Below are positions 9,474 to 19,458 of a stretch of 64,000 nt of DNA, one piece after another. The first letter of the stretch is position 1; every line of letters starts with the position of its first letter. The notes below the pieces were generated by a model. That model had not been told where the DNA came from. It did no database searches and worked only from the letters and a program-made list of their open reading frames with translations. The DNA lies in the IMG/VR virus record IMGVR_UViG_3300009593_002680; one strand, given 5' to 3'. The translations under genes and the position numbers were made by a program. The stretch is from a virus.

Positions 9474-10031
9474 ATGGGTAGTATGGAAACACTTTATGCA
9501 GTATTAATGTCAATGATGTTGAGTTATGCACCTTATAATGCAACTGACGTCGTGATAGATAGAGATGAAGCATTTTGTTTAGCACAAAATGTTTTTATGG
9601 AAGCCAAAGGTGAAAACCTTGCAGGCAAATCAGCAGTAGCACATGTCACACTTAATAGAGTGGCACACAAAAAATATCCAAACACAATTTGTGGTGTTAC
9701 AAAACAAGCCAAACTAAGAGTTAATTGGAGAGGATACGAAGTTCCTATTATAGGTATGTGTCAGTTCAGTTGGTATTGTGATGGCAAGTCTGACAAGATA
9801 CAAGTCGTGTATGAAAAAGGAACTAGAAAAGGAAAAGCAATAGGACCAAACATGGAAGCCTGGAAACAAAGTGTTCAAGTTTCATTATTGGCTATGTATG
9901 GTGTAACAATTGATCCAACAAGTGGTGCGACACATTATTATAACCATAATATCAGTCAACCTAATTGGGGTCAAGTGTATCCAGTTGTTGCTATTTTAAG
10001 CAATCATACCTTCTTAGTTAGAACTGATTAA
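9474..10031 (+). CDS. SleB/CwlJ-like cell wall hydrolase (Hydrolase_2)
   Basis: CLAQNVFMEAKGE, VAHVTLNRV, QFSWYCDG, GATHYY and NHTF motifs. Confidence 0.88.
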   Translation: MGSMETLYAVLMSMMLSYAPYNATDVVIDRDEAFCLAQNVFMEAKGENLAGKSAVAHVTLNRVAHKKYPNTICGVTKQAKLRVNWRGYEVPIIGMCQFSWYCDGKSDKIQVVYEKGTRKGKAIGPNMEAWKQSVQVSLLAMYGVTIDPTSGATHYYNHNISQPNWGQVYPVVAILSNHTFLVRTD

Positions 10032-10079
10032 AACATTACTTTAAGATAAATACTCTTGTAGGAAAACACAGGAGTAGTT

Positions 10080-10538
10080 ATGTACGAGTACAGATGTAAA
10101 GTCATCAGAGTGATTGATGGCGACACAGTGGACGTAGACATCGATTTAGGTTTTGATATCATGCTCAGAGACGAAAGAGTTCGTATTATGGGTATCGACA
10201 CACCAGAAAGCAGAACTAGAGATAAAGTTGAAAAGAAATTTGGCTTGGCTAGTAAGGCTAGATTAAAAGAACTCATAGGTGGAAAATCAGGACCAATTCT
10301 AAAAACCCAGATTAACAAAAAAGGCGAAGACATGCGAGGCAAGTTTGGTCGTATATTAGGTGACTTTGTTACCGACGACGGCAGAATGGTAACTGAAATC
10401 TTAGTTGAAGAAGGACATGCAGTTGCATACTTTGGCGGTAGTAAAGAAGAAATTCAAGATAAGCATATGGCTAATCGTAAAAAGTTAATCAGAGAAGGTT
10501 TTATCGATATTACTGAAGAAGAAGCCGGAATAGTTTAA
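10080..10538 (+). CDS. Thermonuclease (SNase-like)
   Basis: VIDGDTVDVDIDLGF...RIMGIDTPESR...GKFGRILG. Confidence 0.9.
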   Translation: MYEYRCKVIRVIDGDTVDVDIDLGFDIMLRDERVRIMGIDTPESRTRDKVEKKFGLASKARLKELIGGKSGPILKTQINKKGEDMRGKFGRILGDFVTDDGRMVTEILVEEGHAVAYFGGSKEEIQDKHMANRKKLIREGFIDITEEEAGIV

Positions 10539-10568
10539 TCAAATTATTATTTCCAATTAAATATCCAT

Positions 10569-11144
10569 ATGTTAAAGTGGCAATCGACTATTGGATTTTT
10601 TAATCCAGAAAAAGCATCAACAGTTGAAGAATTAATAAAAACTTATGTTACACCTGATACAAATTGTATTGAGGTTGGAGTTTTTTGTGGAAAAAGTTTA
10701 ATGCATTTGCTAGAAGTAGGAAATCCAAAACATGTATTTGCAATAGATCCTTTTGAAGGCAAAATAAATCAAACTTTAAAGACTATAATAGATATGGATA
10801 TTGATTACAATATGCATTACAAGTATGACAAAGTTTTAAAAAGGTTTAAAGACTTTGATAATGTAACATTTTACAAAGATTACTCTCCCCTAACTGACCA
10901 AACATTTCCAGACATTGGATATGCATTTGTAGATGGTAATCACACTAAAGAAAATGTTTTAAAAGATGCAGAATGGATTTATTCTTTAATGACTAACGGT
11001 ATTATAGTGTTTGATGATTATGCTATAGAAGGTGTTAAAAATGCATTAGTGTATTTTGCAGAAAAGTACAAACTTGAACTAGTTGTATCTAACCCAACAA
11101 CATATAGTGAAACTATTGCCTGGATTATAGTAGAAAAAGGTTGA
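10569..11144 (+). CDS. Class I SAM-dependent methyltransferase (Methyltransf_24-like)
   Basis: IEVGVFCGKS, AFVDGNH and GIIVFDDY motifs. TAAATA+5 nt+ATG. Confidence 0.8.
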   Translation: MLKWQSTIGFFNPEKASTVEELIKTYVTPDTNCIEVGVFCGKSLMHLLEVGNPKHVFAIDPFEGKINQTLKTIIDMDIDYNMHYKYDKVLKRFKDFDNVTFYKDYSPLTDQTFPDIGYAFVDGNHTKENVLKDAEWIYSLMTNGIIVFDDYAIEGVKNALVYFAEKYKLELVVSNPTTYSETIAWIIVEKG

Positions 11145-11168
11145 CATTTCATATATAATCTATATAAT
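11141..11168 (+). promoter_or_regulatory. sigma70 promoter
   Basis: TTGACA-N16-TATAAT. Confidence 0.7.
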
Positions 11169-11190
11169 ATAAAAATTACAGGAAAATACT

Positions 11191-11484
11191 ATGTTAATTG
11201 AAGTTATAAAAGAAGGCGAGGTTGTTAGTTGTAGACTTACAACTGGTGAAGAATTAATCGCAAGATTAAAGAAAGATAATAGAGATAAAGGTTCTGTAGA
11301 ACTAACACAACCTCTTATAGTTGGTAGAGGACCTGAAGGATTTGGACTTATGCCATATATGATGACAGTTAATCCTGATACCACAGTAGAAATTAAAATG
11401 GAACACATTTTAAGTATGGCAAAGACTAACGACGAAATCACAAAAGGTTATACAAAACAAACAAGCAAGATAGAGACATTATAA
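11191..11484 (+). CDS. Sm-like fold phage protein
   Basis: VVSCRLTTGEELIARL...PYM pattern typical of Sm-like proteins of T4-like phages. Confidence 0.6.
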   Translation: MLIEVIKEGEVVSCRLTTGEELIARLKKDNRDKGSVELTQPLIVGRGPEGFGLMPYMMTVNPDTTVEIKMEHILSMAKTNDEITKGYTKQTSKIETL

Positions 11485-11978
11485 TGACAAAAAGATATTA
11501 TTCAGGAAAAACTTATGCACATAACACAGGACATAGTTGTGCATTTAGGCAATGGCGAGCAGATAGTCATTGTAATTTAATACACGGTTACGCATTACAG
11601 TTTGAATTCGTATTTGGTGGAGATGAACTTGATGAACGTAACTGGATAGTGGACTTCGGAGGATTGAAGCCACTTAAAGAATGGTTGAAATATATGTTTG
11701 ACCATACATACTTGTTAGCAAGTGACGACCCAGAGTTTGAAACATTTCAAATGTTAGCAGACAAAAATCTTATTGATTTAAGAGTTGTTGGCGGAACAGG
11801 TTGTGAAAGATTTGCCGAACAGGCATTTGATGAAGCAGACAGAATTGTTAAAGAACTAACTGAAGGTAGATGTTGGGTTCAAAAATGTACTGTTAGAGAA
11901 CATGAGGCAAATAGTGCCACAGTTGAATTAAATGACCATCAAAAAGTTCATTGGTCAATGAACCCTGAAGACAAATAA
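11484..11978 (+). CDS. queD: 6-carboxytetrahydropterin synthase (QueD/PTPS family)
   Basis: HSCAFRQW...CNLIHGY, VDFGGLK, FDHT and VREHEAN motifs. Confidence 0.85.
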   Translation: MTKRYYSGKTYAHNTGHSCAFRQWRADSHCNLIHGYALQFEFVFGGDELDERNWIVDFGGLKPLKEWLKYMFDHTYLLASDDPEFETFQMLADKNLIDLRVVGGTGCERFAEQAFDEADRIVKELTEGRCWVQKCTVREHEANSATVELNDHQKVHWSMNPEDK

Positions 11979-12547
11979 TATTCTACTTCATCTGAAGTTA
12001 TAGATTTCCTTCCTGGATTGTCTGGGAAAACACAACAAGGTTGAACATTATAGAAACTATTGTTTTCTTCACACCATAATCTTTTATAATATTTTCCTTC
12101 ACTATCAAGTTCTATCCAAATCTTATTTTCAAAGTCAACTAATACGTTTTCCATATCACGTCCTTCTTGAACATGTGCATGACGTTGCAGTCTATCTAAA
12201 TAATATCCATCATCACTGATACCATATATAGGCATAGCCATATTCCAACCATGTGTTTGTTCCCATTCTAAATATTCTTCTTCTGATAACTCTTGTAAAT
12301 GCCACATAGGTCTATATACACCTGTATTATCTGAGTAAGTTTCACTCAACCATTCTTTTTCTTGTTCCCAAGGGTCTTTATGCTCTGTTTTTACAAAAGT
12401 GTTTATTAAAACGTCATTAAAATACTTGTTAATAACTTTTCCACCATTAGTAGTAGTGTAATAAAGTTCTTGGTTGAATTGTCTTGAGTCAAAAACCACA
12501 CATTTTAATAGGTTTTGTGCGGTATCGTGTGTCCATGTAAGTTCCAT
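11948..12547 (-). CDS. Hypothetical protein
   Basis: Long ORF converging on queD. Start moved to 12547 (TAAATA+5 nt+ATG). Confidence 0.7.
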   Translation of the reverse strand: MELTWTHDTAQNLLKCVVFDSRQFNQELYYTTTNGGKVINKYFNDVLINTFVKTEHKDPWEQEKEWLSETYSDNTGVYRPMWHLQELSEEEYLEWEQTHGWNMAMPIYGISDDGYYLDRLQRHAHVQEGRDMENVLVDFENKIWIELDSEGKYYKRLWCEENNSFYNVQPCCVFPDNPGRKSITSDEVEYYLSSGFIDQ

Positions 12548-12604
12548 AATCATATTTATGTCCAAACTGTTTTAATTATACGCAAAATACCGATAAATAG
12601 TTGC

Positions 12605-14008
12605 ATGTTATTCGGTATATTAACTTTAATAACTGCTCTTGCCATCGCCGGAGTAGCCGCCTGGTTCAGTATTGCTGGACTTATGGCTATATTCAGTGCC
12701 GCCGCAACACCGATTGCTGTAATGGCTGGTACACTTGAAGTAGGTAAACTTCTGACAGCAAGTTGGTTATATAGATATTGGAATGAAACTTCATTTGCCT
12801 TGAAGGCATATCTGTCGACTGCTGTTTTTGTATTAATGTTAATAACCAGTATGGGTATCTTTGGATATCTTAGTAAAGCACACTTGGATCAAGCAAGTGA
12901 AAGTGGAGATGCTTTTGCTATTGTAGAACGTATTGACGGACAAATAGGCAGAGAAGAAAACAAAATATCAATACTTGAAGATAGAATATTAGGTATAGGC
13001 GGAACAGTAGATGTTAGCGAAAGCATTAAACAACAAGAAGAAATAAGAGATGGTGCATGGGAAAGAGTACAAGGAGACATTGATTATGCACAAGGACAAA
13101 TAAATCAACTTAGAGACCAACTAGCAGTTTTAGACAAAGCAGTAAATGACCTTAGAGAAAAAGGTGTAGAAGTAGTTACACTTGATGAGGGTGGAGCATT
13201 TAGACAAGCAGAAACAGAAAAAATAGATTATGTTGCACAGGCAACAGCATTATTTGAATCTCAAAAACCACAACGTGAAAGTATTCAAGCAGATATTAAT
13301 AAACAACAAGACAACATTGACAAGTATAGAGCACAGGCTCAAAAAGTTATAGACGATGCCAATGCAGAAATCAACAGACTAAGAAATAGTAATACAGAAC
13401 AACAAGATAGCAATTTAATTAAGATAGACGATTATAACAATCAGATAGATGAGATTTACGATACTATAGCAACACTTAAAGATGAGAAATATGAAGCAGA
13501 AAGTGTTGTAAGAACATTAGAAAAAGAAGTAGGACCAATTAAGTATGTAGCACAATTACTTTTTGGAGGAGACAGCGAAGATTTATTGGATAAAGCAGTA
13601 CAAGTATTCATTTTAATGCTAGTATTTGTATTTGATCCACTAGCAGTTATGCTAGTTATCGCGGCAAACCAAACGTTATTACGTTATGGAATCAACTTAG
13701 AAAAAACAGGTCCTGATATTAGAGATGAACTACAAAAAGATGTAGATTATGGTTCGGTAAAAGAACCAAGTGCGGTAGATGATGCCGCAGATGTTATGTC
13801 AGGTTATAAACAACCTGCACCTATGATTGTAGAAAAAGAAGTTATTAAGGAAGTGCCTGTTGAGGTCATCAAAGAAGTTGAAGTTGAAAAAGTTGTCGAA
13901 AAAGAAGTAGAAGCAGAAGTTGATTTAAGTACACCACCTGCTATTAAAGAATTAGAAAAACGACTTGCAAAGAAACTGAAGAAAGATGGCAAAAAAGATA
14001 ACAGTTAA
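12605..14008 (+). CDS. Multi-TM membrane protein with a long coiled coil and VEKEV repeats at the C-terminus
   Basis: Three N-terminal TM helices (GTLEVGKL), a coiled coil and a FVFDPLAV TM. Start moved to 12605 (TAAATA+5 nt+ATG). Confidence 0.8.
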   Translation: MLFGILTLITALAIAGVAAWFSIAGLMAIFSAAATPIAVMAGTLEVGKLLTASWLYRYWNETSFALKAYLSTAVFVLMLITSMGIFGYLSKAHLDQASESGDAFAIVERIDGQIGREENKISILEDRILGIGGTVDVSESIKQQEEIRDGAWERVQGDIDYAQGQINQLRDQLAVLDKAVNDLREKGVEVVTLDEGGAFRQAETEKIDYVAQATALFESQKPQRESIQADINKQQDNIDKYRAQAQKVIDDANAEINRLRNSNTEQQDSNLIKIDDYNNQIDEIYDTIATLKDEKYEAESVVRTLEKEVGPIKYVAQLLFGGDSEDLLDKAVQVFILMLVFVFDPLAVMLVIAANQTLLRYGINLEKTGPDIRDELQKDVDYGSVKEPSAVDDAADVMSGYKQPAPMIVEKEVIKEVPVEVIKEVEVEKVVEKEVEAEVDLSTPPAIKELEKRLAKKLKKDGKKDNS

Positions 14009-14891
14009 ACAAGCACTCGATAGTTTAAATACAAAGTATGCTAACACTCTAGTAATGTTAGATGATGCTTTGGATTTAATAGAAGATTTAGAAACACAGT
14101 TGGCTCAGAAACCTAAGGAGGTGGAAATTGAGGTCGAAAAAGTTGTCACAGTTGAGAAGAAGGTCGAGGTCCCAAAAGAGAAGTTGGTCACTATCGAAAA
14201 AGAGGTCCCAGGACCAGAACGAATCGTCGAAGTCCCCGTCGAAGTAATCAAAGAAATTCCTATAGAAGTAGAAGTAGAAAAAATTGTTGAAAAAACAGTT
14301 GAAAAGGAAGTGCCTGTAGAAGTTATTAAAGAAGTTGAAGTAGAAAAGATTGTAGAAAAACAAGTTAAAGTTAAAGTACCAGTAGAAGTAGAAAAAATTG
14401 TTGAAGTAGAAAAGATTGTAGAAAAAGAAGTAGAAGTAGAAAAGATTGTACATGTACCAGGACCAGAACGTGTTGTTGTGAGAACAGACAATGGTGAAAT
14501 AGATAAATTAAAAGTACAAGTAGAAGAATTAGAGAAGAAATTAAAAATTAAACCTAAAGTAGTTGAAAAACTAGTTGAAGTACCTGTAGAAAAAATAGTT
14601 GAAGTACCTGTTGAAGTAGAAGTTGTAAGAGAGATAGAAAAAATAGTTGAAGGACCAAGACGTCCTAAAGTTATAGAGAAAGATGCCACCGGAGACTTAT
14701 TAGGAGCGGCAACACTTATAGCAAACAGCGAAATGAATGTAAATGATTTAAGTACACAAGAAGTACTCACAATGCTTAAAGAATTAAGCCAAGAAGATGT
14801 AAATAAACAGTTAGGGTTTTGGGCAATACCACTACCGACAGACGGCGACCAAGACGACACAGACGACAAACCGAGGTATTTAAAGAAGTAA
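13986..14891 (+). CDS. V/E/K/P charged-repeat protein (EKIVEVP-like repeats)
   Basis: About 190 aa of VEKIVEVPVEV-type repeats. Confidence 0.8.
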   Translation: MAKKITVKQALDSLNTKYANTLVMLDDALDLIEDLETQLAQKPKEVEIEVEKVVTVEKKVEVPKEKLVTIEKEVPGPERIVEVPVEVIKEIPIEVEVEKIVEKTVEKEVPVEVIKEVEVEKIVEKQVKVKVPVEVEKIVEVEKIVEKEVEVEKIVHVPGPERVVVRTDNGEIDKLKVQVEELEKKLKIKPKVVEKLVEVPVEKIVEVPVEVEVVREIEKIVEGPRRPKVIEKDATGDLLGAATLIANSEMNVNDLSTQEVLTMLKELSQEDVNKQLGFWAIPLPTDGDQDDTDDKPRYLKK

Positions 14892-16163
14892 ATGGCAGAC
14901 AATAAAGATAAAGAAAATTTATCGTGTGGTTTTTGCGGTAAAAAACGTTTCGAAGTTAAAAAACTTATTGCAGGACCTAATTCATACATTTGCAATGAGT
15001 GTATCAGTATAAGTTATAAAATTATTAATGATGAAGATATAACAGAAGACCTAGACTTAGAAGTAATACCAACTCCAGAAGAAATTAAAGCACATTTAGA
15101 TGAAACAGTTATTAGTCAAGAATATGCTAAAGAAGTTTTAAGTGTATGTGCATATAATCATTATAAAAAGATATATCACGATACAGATGATATAAAATTA
15201 GAAAAAAGTAATGTGATAATGATGGGTGCAACAGGCACAGGTAAAACATTACTAGCACAAACATTAGCAGAAATGCTTAAAGTTCCTTTTACAATAGCAG
15301 ATGCTACAACATTAACTGAAGCAGGGTATGTTGGGGAAGATGTTGAAAGTGTATTAGAACGTTTATTGAATGCTTGTGATTGGAATGTTGATTTAGCACA
15401 AAAGGGTATAGTGTTCATAGATGAGATAGATAAAAAGGCCCGTAGCAAAGAATCTAACGCCTCTACAAAGGATATTAGTGGCGAAGGTGTACAACAAGCA
15501 CTCTTAAGATTAATAGAAGGCACAACTGTTAAGGTTACAACAAATGGTTCAAAACGTATGGATCAATTTATAGACTTTGATACATCTAATGTATTGTTTA
15601 TATGTAGTGGTGCATTTGTAGGACTAGAAAGCAAAATAAAAAGCAGAATGAAAGTTAAGAAAGTTGGCTTTAACTCAGATATATCAAAAAACAAAGTTAG
15701 TAAAGTAAAATGGCAAGACCATATAGACCAAGAAGACCTAATTAGTTATGGATTAATACCTGAACTAGTGGGTAGGCTACCTAATTTAATTACGTTAGAC
15801 GAGCTCACAGAGGACGACATGGTATCAATATTAAACAATTCTAAAGCAAGTGTTATACCACAAGTTAAGAAGTTGTTAGAATATGATGAAATAGAATTAA
15901 GTTTTGAACAGCAATATATTAAAGACATAGCCAAGATGGCATCTAAAACAAAAACAGGTGCTAGAGGACTAAAATCTATAGTAGAGAACAGTTTACATAA
16001 TATTATGTTCAGAGCGCCTAAACTCAAGGAAAATGGAGTTAAGAACATTTTCTTTAAACAATACCCAACAAAATCGGTTGACAGTTATCCTACATTAGTA
16101 TATACTAACGGTAATGAAAAAACTGATTCAGAATACAAAATTAAACTACGAGGTAAAAGTTGA
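14892..16163 (+). CDS. clpX: ATP-dependent Clp protease ATPase subunit ClpX
   Basis: C4 zinc finger, Walker [15 protein letters not shown] pore loop, [18 protein letters not shown] loop, GARGL. Confidence 0.95.
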   Translation: MADNKDKENLSCGFCGKKRFEVKKLIAGPNSYICNECISISYKIINDEDITEDLDLEVIPTPEEIKAHLDETVISQEYAKEVLSVCAYNHYKKIYHDTDDIKLEKSNVIMMGATGTGKTLLAQTLAEMLKVPFTIADATTLTEAGYVGEDVESVLERLLNACDWNVDLAQKGIVFIDEIDKKARSKESNASTKDISGEGVQQALLRLIEGTTVKVTTNGSKRMDQFIDFDTSNVLFICSGAFVGLESKIKSRMKVKKVGFNSDISKNKVSKVKWQDHIDQEDLISYGLIPELVGRLPNLITLDELTEDDMVSILNNSKASVIPQVKKLLEYDEIELSFEQQYIKDIAKMASKTKTGARGLKSIVENSLHNIMFRAPKLKENGVKNIFFKQYPTKSVDSYPTLVYTNGNEKTDSEYKIKLRGKS

Positions 16164-16582
16164 ACAAATCTAAAGGAAGACAAGACAACAAGGATTTCAC
16201 AAAAAAGTGGAACAACAAAAGGCGAGATGACAAGCCTAAAAAAGAAGAGCACTATTTAGATAAGTTCAAATCATCAATTGAAGTTAGGAATAACGATGTT
16301 GGTAAAGCATTAAGGATTTTAAAACGTAGATTGGAAAAAGCAGATTTCCAAAAGGAAATGGCAAAGCAACAATATTATGAAAAGCCTAGTGCAAAACGCA
16401 ATCGTAAAAAGCAACAAGCAGTAAAACGTTGGCAGAAGTATGTACGTGATGCAGAAGCACGTGGAGAAATGAAACAATACTTACCCACAGGAACAAAGTG
16501 GATGAAATCAAAACGTAAAACAAGACGTGTTAGAGACTACAACGAAAAGATTGCTCGTATGCAGAGAAAACGTGGTTTCTAA
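16160..16582 (+). CDS. rpsU: Ribosomal protein bS21 with N- and C-terminal basic extensions
   Basis: IEVRNNDVGKALRILKRRLEK...YYEKPSAKRNRKKQQAVKR core. Confidence 0.88.
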   Translation: MNKSKGRQDNKDFTKKWNNKRRDDKPKKEEHYLDKFKSSIEVRNNDVGKALRILKRRLEKADFQKEMAKQQYYEKPSAKRNRKKQQAVKRWQKYVRDAEARGEMKQYLPTGTKWMKSKRKTRRVRDYNEKIARMQRKRGF

Positions 16583-17358
16583 TGCACAAAACAGTAGTCA
16601 TAGTTAGTGGAGGCTTTGATCCGCTACATTCAGGACACATAAGTTACTTAGAGTCAGCAAAACGATTAGGCGACCATTTAGTTGTTGCACTAAACAGTGA
16701 TGATTGGTTAAGTAGAAAAAAAGGCAGGCCCTTTATGCCATTTGAAGAGAGGGCAGGAATTATAGAAAGACTAGACATGGTAGATAATGTTTGGGGTTTC
16801 GATGATAGTGATGGAAGTGCTAAAAAGGCCCTTGAACAAGCCAAGAAGGCTTACACAACAGATAGAATTATCTTTTGCAACGGAGGTGACAGAACAAAAG
16901 ATAACATTCCAGAAATGGAAGTCGAGGGTATAGAGTTTGAATTTGGTGTCGGAGGTACAAACAAATCAAACAGTAGCAGTTGGATACTAAAGGAATGGCA
17001 ATATCCAACAGAACGCAGAGTATGGGGCGAGTTTAGTGACTTGTTTCAAGATAATGCAGTTCGTGTTAAGGAGTTGATAATAGAACCAGGGAAAGGTATT
17101 AGTTATCAACGGCACTTCAAGAGAAGTGAAATTTGGTTTTGCAGTAAAGGTGAATGCGAGATAAAGTATAGTGCCAGCAATCCAGATAATTTTACGGTGT
17201 TTACTTTAAAAACAGATGAAAACTTTCATGTAAAAGCAAATGAGTGGCATCAGATTGTAAACAGAAGTAAAGATCCATGTCATATTATAGAAATACAATA
17301 TGGTGAAGAAACAACTGAAGATGACATAGAACGTCTTGAGTATTATAACGGAGAATGA
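16582..17358 (+). CDS. Cytidylyltransferase (HIGH) fused to a mannose-6-P isomerase-type cupin
   Basis: SGGFDPLHSGH N-domain and RRVWG...ISYQRHFKRSEIW...IIEIQYG cupin. Confidence 0.88.
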   Translation: MHKTVVIVSGGFDPLHSGHISYLESAKRLGDHLVVALNSDDWLSRKKGRPFMPFEERAGIIERLDMVDNVWGFDDSDGSAKKALEQAKKAYTTDRIIFCNGGDRTKDNIPEMEVEGIEFEFGVGGTNKSNSSSWILKEWQYPTERRVWGEFSDLFQDNAVRVKELIIEPGKGISYQRHFKRSEIWFCSKGECEIKYSASNPDNFTVFTLKTDENFHVKANEWHQIVNRSKDPCHIIEIQYGEETTEDDIERLEYYNGE

Positions 17359-17801
17359 TGGAATTGAAAGCATTAAACAAAGAAGAAGTATGTAATATAC
17401 TTAATGAGATTGTGGAATACGAAATGGCTGGTGTTGTTAGATATGCTCACAGTTCTTTAATGGTTACAGGTCCTTATAGATTGCCTATTGTTGCATTTTT
17501 GCAAGAACAAGCAAATGAAAGTTTACAACATGCCTTACAGGCTGGTGAACTTATTACAGGATTTGGCGGACATCCAAGTCAAGTAATTGCAAAGATTACT
17601 GAATCGCATGACCATTCTATTAGAACAATATTAGAAGAAAGTCTAGAACATGAAACACATGCAGTAAATTTATATAAAAAGTTATTGACAGTAGTTGCTG
17701 ATGCAAGTATAATGTTAGAAGAATATGCTAGAGGACAAATTGGCTTAGAAGAACAACATGCTATGGAAATAACTAAAATGCTAAAAGATTACGCAGAATG
17801 A
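17355..17801 (+). CDS. Bacterioferritin/ferritin-like protein
   Basis: ExxxxxxY, NESLQHA, EHETHAVNLY and EEQH ferroxidase-like residues. Confidence 0.8.
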   Translation: MMELKALNKEEVCNILNEIVEYEMAGVVRYAHSSLMVTGPYRLPIVAFLQEQANESLQHALQAGELITGFGGHPSQVIAKITESHDHSIRTILEESLEHETHAVNLYKKLLTVVADASIMLEEYARGQIGLEEQHAMEITKMLKDYAE

Positions 17802-18199
17802 CACGAATTAATATTGTAGAACCAAAAGAATTAACTGACCAACATTTAGTTGCAGAGTATAGAGAAATTTTTATGGTTGGATCAGCACTACAACGTAGTC
17901 TTAAATCTAAGAGTTGGGACGTTAATAGTATTCCTAAACGATATACTTTAAATAAAGGGCATGTAAAGTTCTTTTACGACAAAGGTGAATACTTATTTAA
18001 AAGGTATGATGACATAAGAGAAGAAATGTTATCAAGGGGTATGAACCCAGATCCTAATCGTGTTTTTAAAACACACCAATGGCCCAAATCACTATATAAG
18101 GATTGGACACCTGAAAAATCAGATTACAAAATAATTAGAAAACGAATACAAGAAAGAATAGCACAGAAACCTGACTGGTATAGGAAAACACAGACATGA
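17798..18199 (+). CDS. denV: Pyrimidine dimer DNA glycosylase (T4 endonuclease V)
   Basis: MTRIN...LTDQHLVAEYREI...GHVKFFYDKG...RIAQKPDWY. Confidence 0.93.
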   Translation: MTRINIVEPKELTDQHLVAEYREIFMVGSALQRSLKSKSWDVNSIPKRYTLNKGHVKFFYDKGEYLFKRYDDIREEMLSRGMNPDPNRVFKTHQWPKSLYKDWTPEKSDYKIIRKRIQERIAQKPDWYRKTQT

Positions 18200-18642
18200 A
18201 ATTGAGTTATAAGGATTGCGGAAAAATAGGATTTACTTGTAGTACATTCGATTTATTACACGCAGGACATATCACAATGTTAGAAGAAGCCAAACATCAT
18301 TGTGATTATCTTATTGTAGGATTACAAACAGATCCTACTATAGACAGACCAGATAGTAAAAACGCACCAATACAAAGTTTAGTAGAAAGACAAATACAGT
18401 TAGCGGCTGTAAAATATGTAGATGAAATAGTATGTTATGCAACAGAGCAAGATTTAGAGGATTTACTTTTAACATTACCAATTAATGTTAGAGTGTTAGG
18501 AGTAGAATACAAAGATAAACAATTTACTGGTAAGCAAATATGTAAAGATAGAAATATCAAGTTAGTCTTTAATGGTAGAGACCATAGTTTTAGCAGTACC
18601 AGTCTCAGAAAAAGAGTTGCATCACATGAAAATTCTTCTTGA
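18196..18642 (+). CDS. Glycerol-3-phosphate cytidylyltransferase-like (TagD family)
   Basis: GFTCSTFDLLHAGH, LIVGLQTDP, VKYVDEI and SSTSLR motifs. Confidence 0.88.
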   Translation: MKLSYKDCGKIGFTCSTFDLLHAGHITMLEEAKHHCDYLIVGLQTDPTIDRPDSKNAPIQSLVERQIQLAAVKYVDEIVCYATEQDLEDLLLTLPINVRVLGVEYKDKQFTGKQICKDRNIKLVFNGRDHSFSSTSLRKRVASHENSS

Positions 18643-19063
18643 TTTACTAGAACGGTTAGGTAGAAAAAGAGTAATACTGGACCGAATACACCAAGAACCA
18701 TACTTAACTAGGTACTATTTGTTCCTAAAAGACAGAAAATGGTTCCCTTTTAACTTTTTCTTACACAATTTCCACAAAGGTGACCCCGATGACTTACATG
18801 ACCACCCTTGGCCCTATTGCACAATTATATTAAAAGGCGGATATTGGGAACATACACCCAAAGGAAAGTTTTGGCGTAAAGCAGGAACTATTAAATTTGC
18901 TGGTAGTAAGTCCTTACATAGGATAGAATTAGAGCCAAATGTAGATGTTTGGACTTTATTTTTTGTAGGACCACGTTTTAGAGAATGGGGATTCATCAAG
19001 AAAAACAAGTGGATACATAATGAGACCTATTTAATGCAAAAAAAGGTTGACATTGAACTATAA
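18626..19063 (+). CDS. Cupin-like phage protein
   Basis: LHNFHKGD..LHDHPW..ILKGGYWE motif, paralog of 45705..46217. Start moved to the ATG at 18626. Confidence 0.7.
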   Translation: MKILLDLLERLGRKRVILDRIHQEPYLTRYYLFLKDRKWFPFNFFLHNFHKGDPDDLHDHPWPYCTIILKGGYWEHTPKGKFWRKAGTIKFAGSKSLHRIELEPNVDVWTLFFVGPRFREWGFIKKNKWIHNETYLMQKKVDIEL

Positions 19064-19074
19064 AGAAGTATAAT
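19047..19074 (+). promoter_or_regulatory. sigma70 promoter
   Basis: TTGACA-N16-TATAAT. Confidence 0.75.
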
Positions 19075-19167
19075 AGTGTATAAGTTAAGGAATTGTCCTT
19101 AGCAAAATAAACAACTATGATAAAGTATATTTTTAAAATAGTTAATATGTTGAAATTAGGAGGTCAT

Positions 19168-19431
19168 ATGACTACAACAACATTCGTAAGTAAAGAAACT
19201 AAAGTTCTAACTGCTCTACAAGGTGGTGCTGAACTTACTTCTAAGCAAATAGCCGCAAGATTCGGCGCAGGAAACCCACAAGCAGTGATTCAATCACTAA
19301 GATTTAAAGGGTATCCAATCTATTTGAACACTCACAGTGATTCAAAAGGTAGAGTAACCAACAAATACAGATTAGGTACTGCTTCTAGAGAAGTAATTGC
19401 CGCTGGTTACCAAGCACTTGCCACTTCTTAA
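19168..19431 (+). CDS. Winged-HTH DNA-binding protein
   Basis: KVLTALQGGAELTSKQIAARF...VIQSLRFKGYPI pattern. Start moved to the ATG after AGGAGG. Confidence 0.7.
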   Translation: MTTTTFVSKETKVLTALQGGAELTSKQIAARFGAGNPQAVIQSLRFKGYPIYLNTHSDSKGRVTNKYRLGTASREVIAAGYQALATS

Positions 19432-19458
19432 GTAGCAAATAACCTTTACCGGTTAAAT

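Noticed and set aside
13986-14008. Frameshift fusion of the two VEKEV-repeat genes at the A6 run
   Set aside because: Joining them needs a +1 shift, the A AAA AAG is in phase only for the downstream gene, and that gene has its own ATG with no obvious stimulator.
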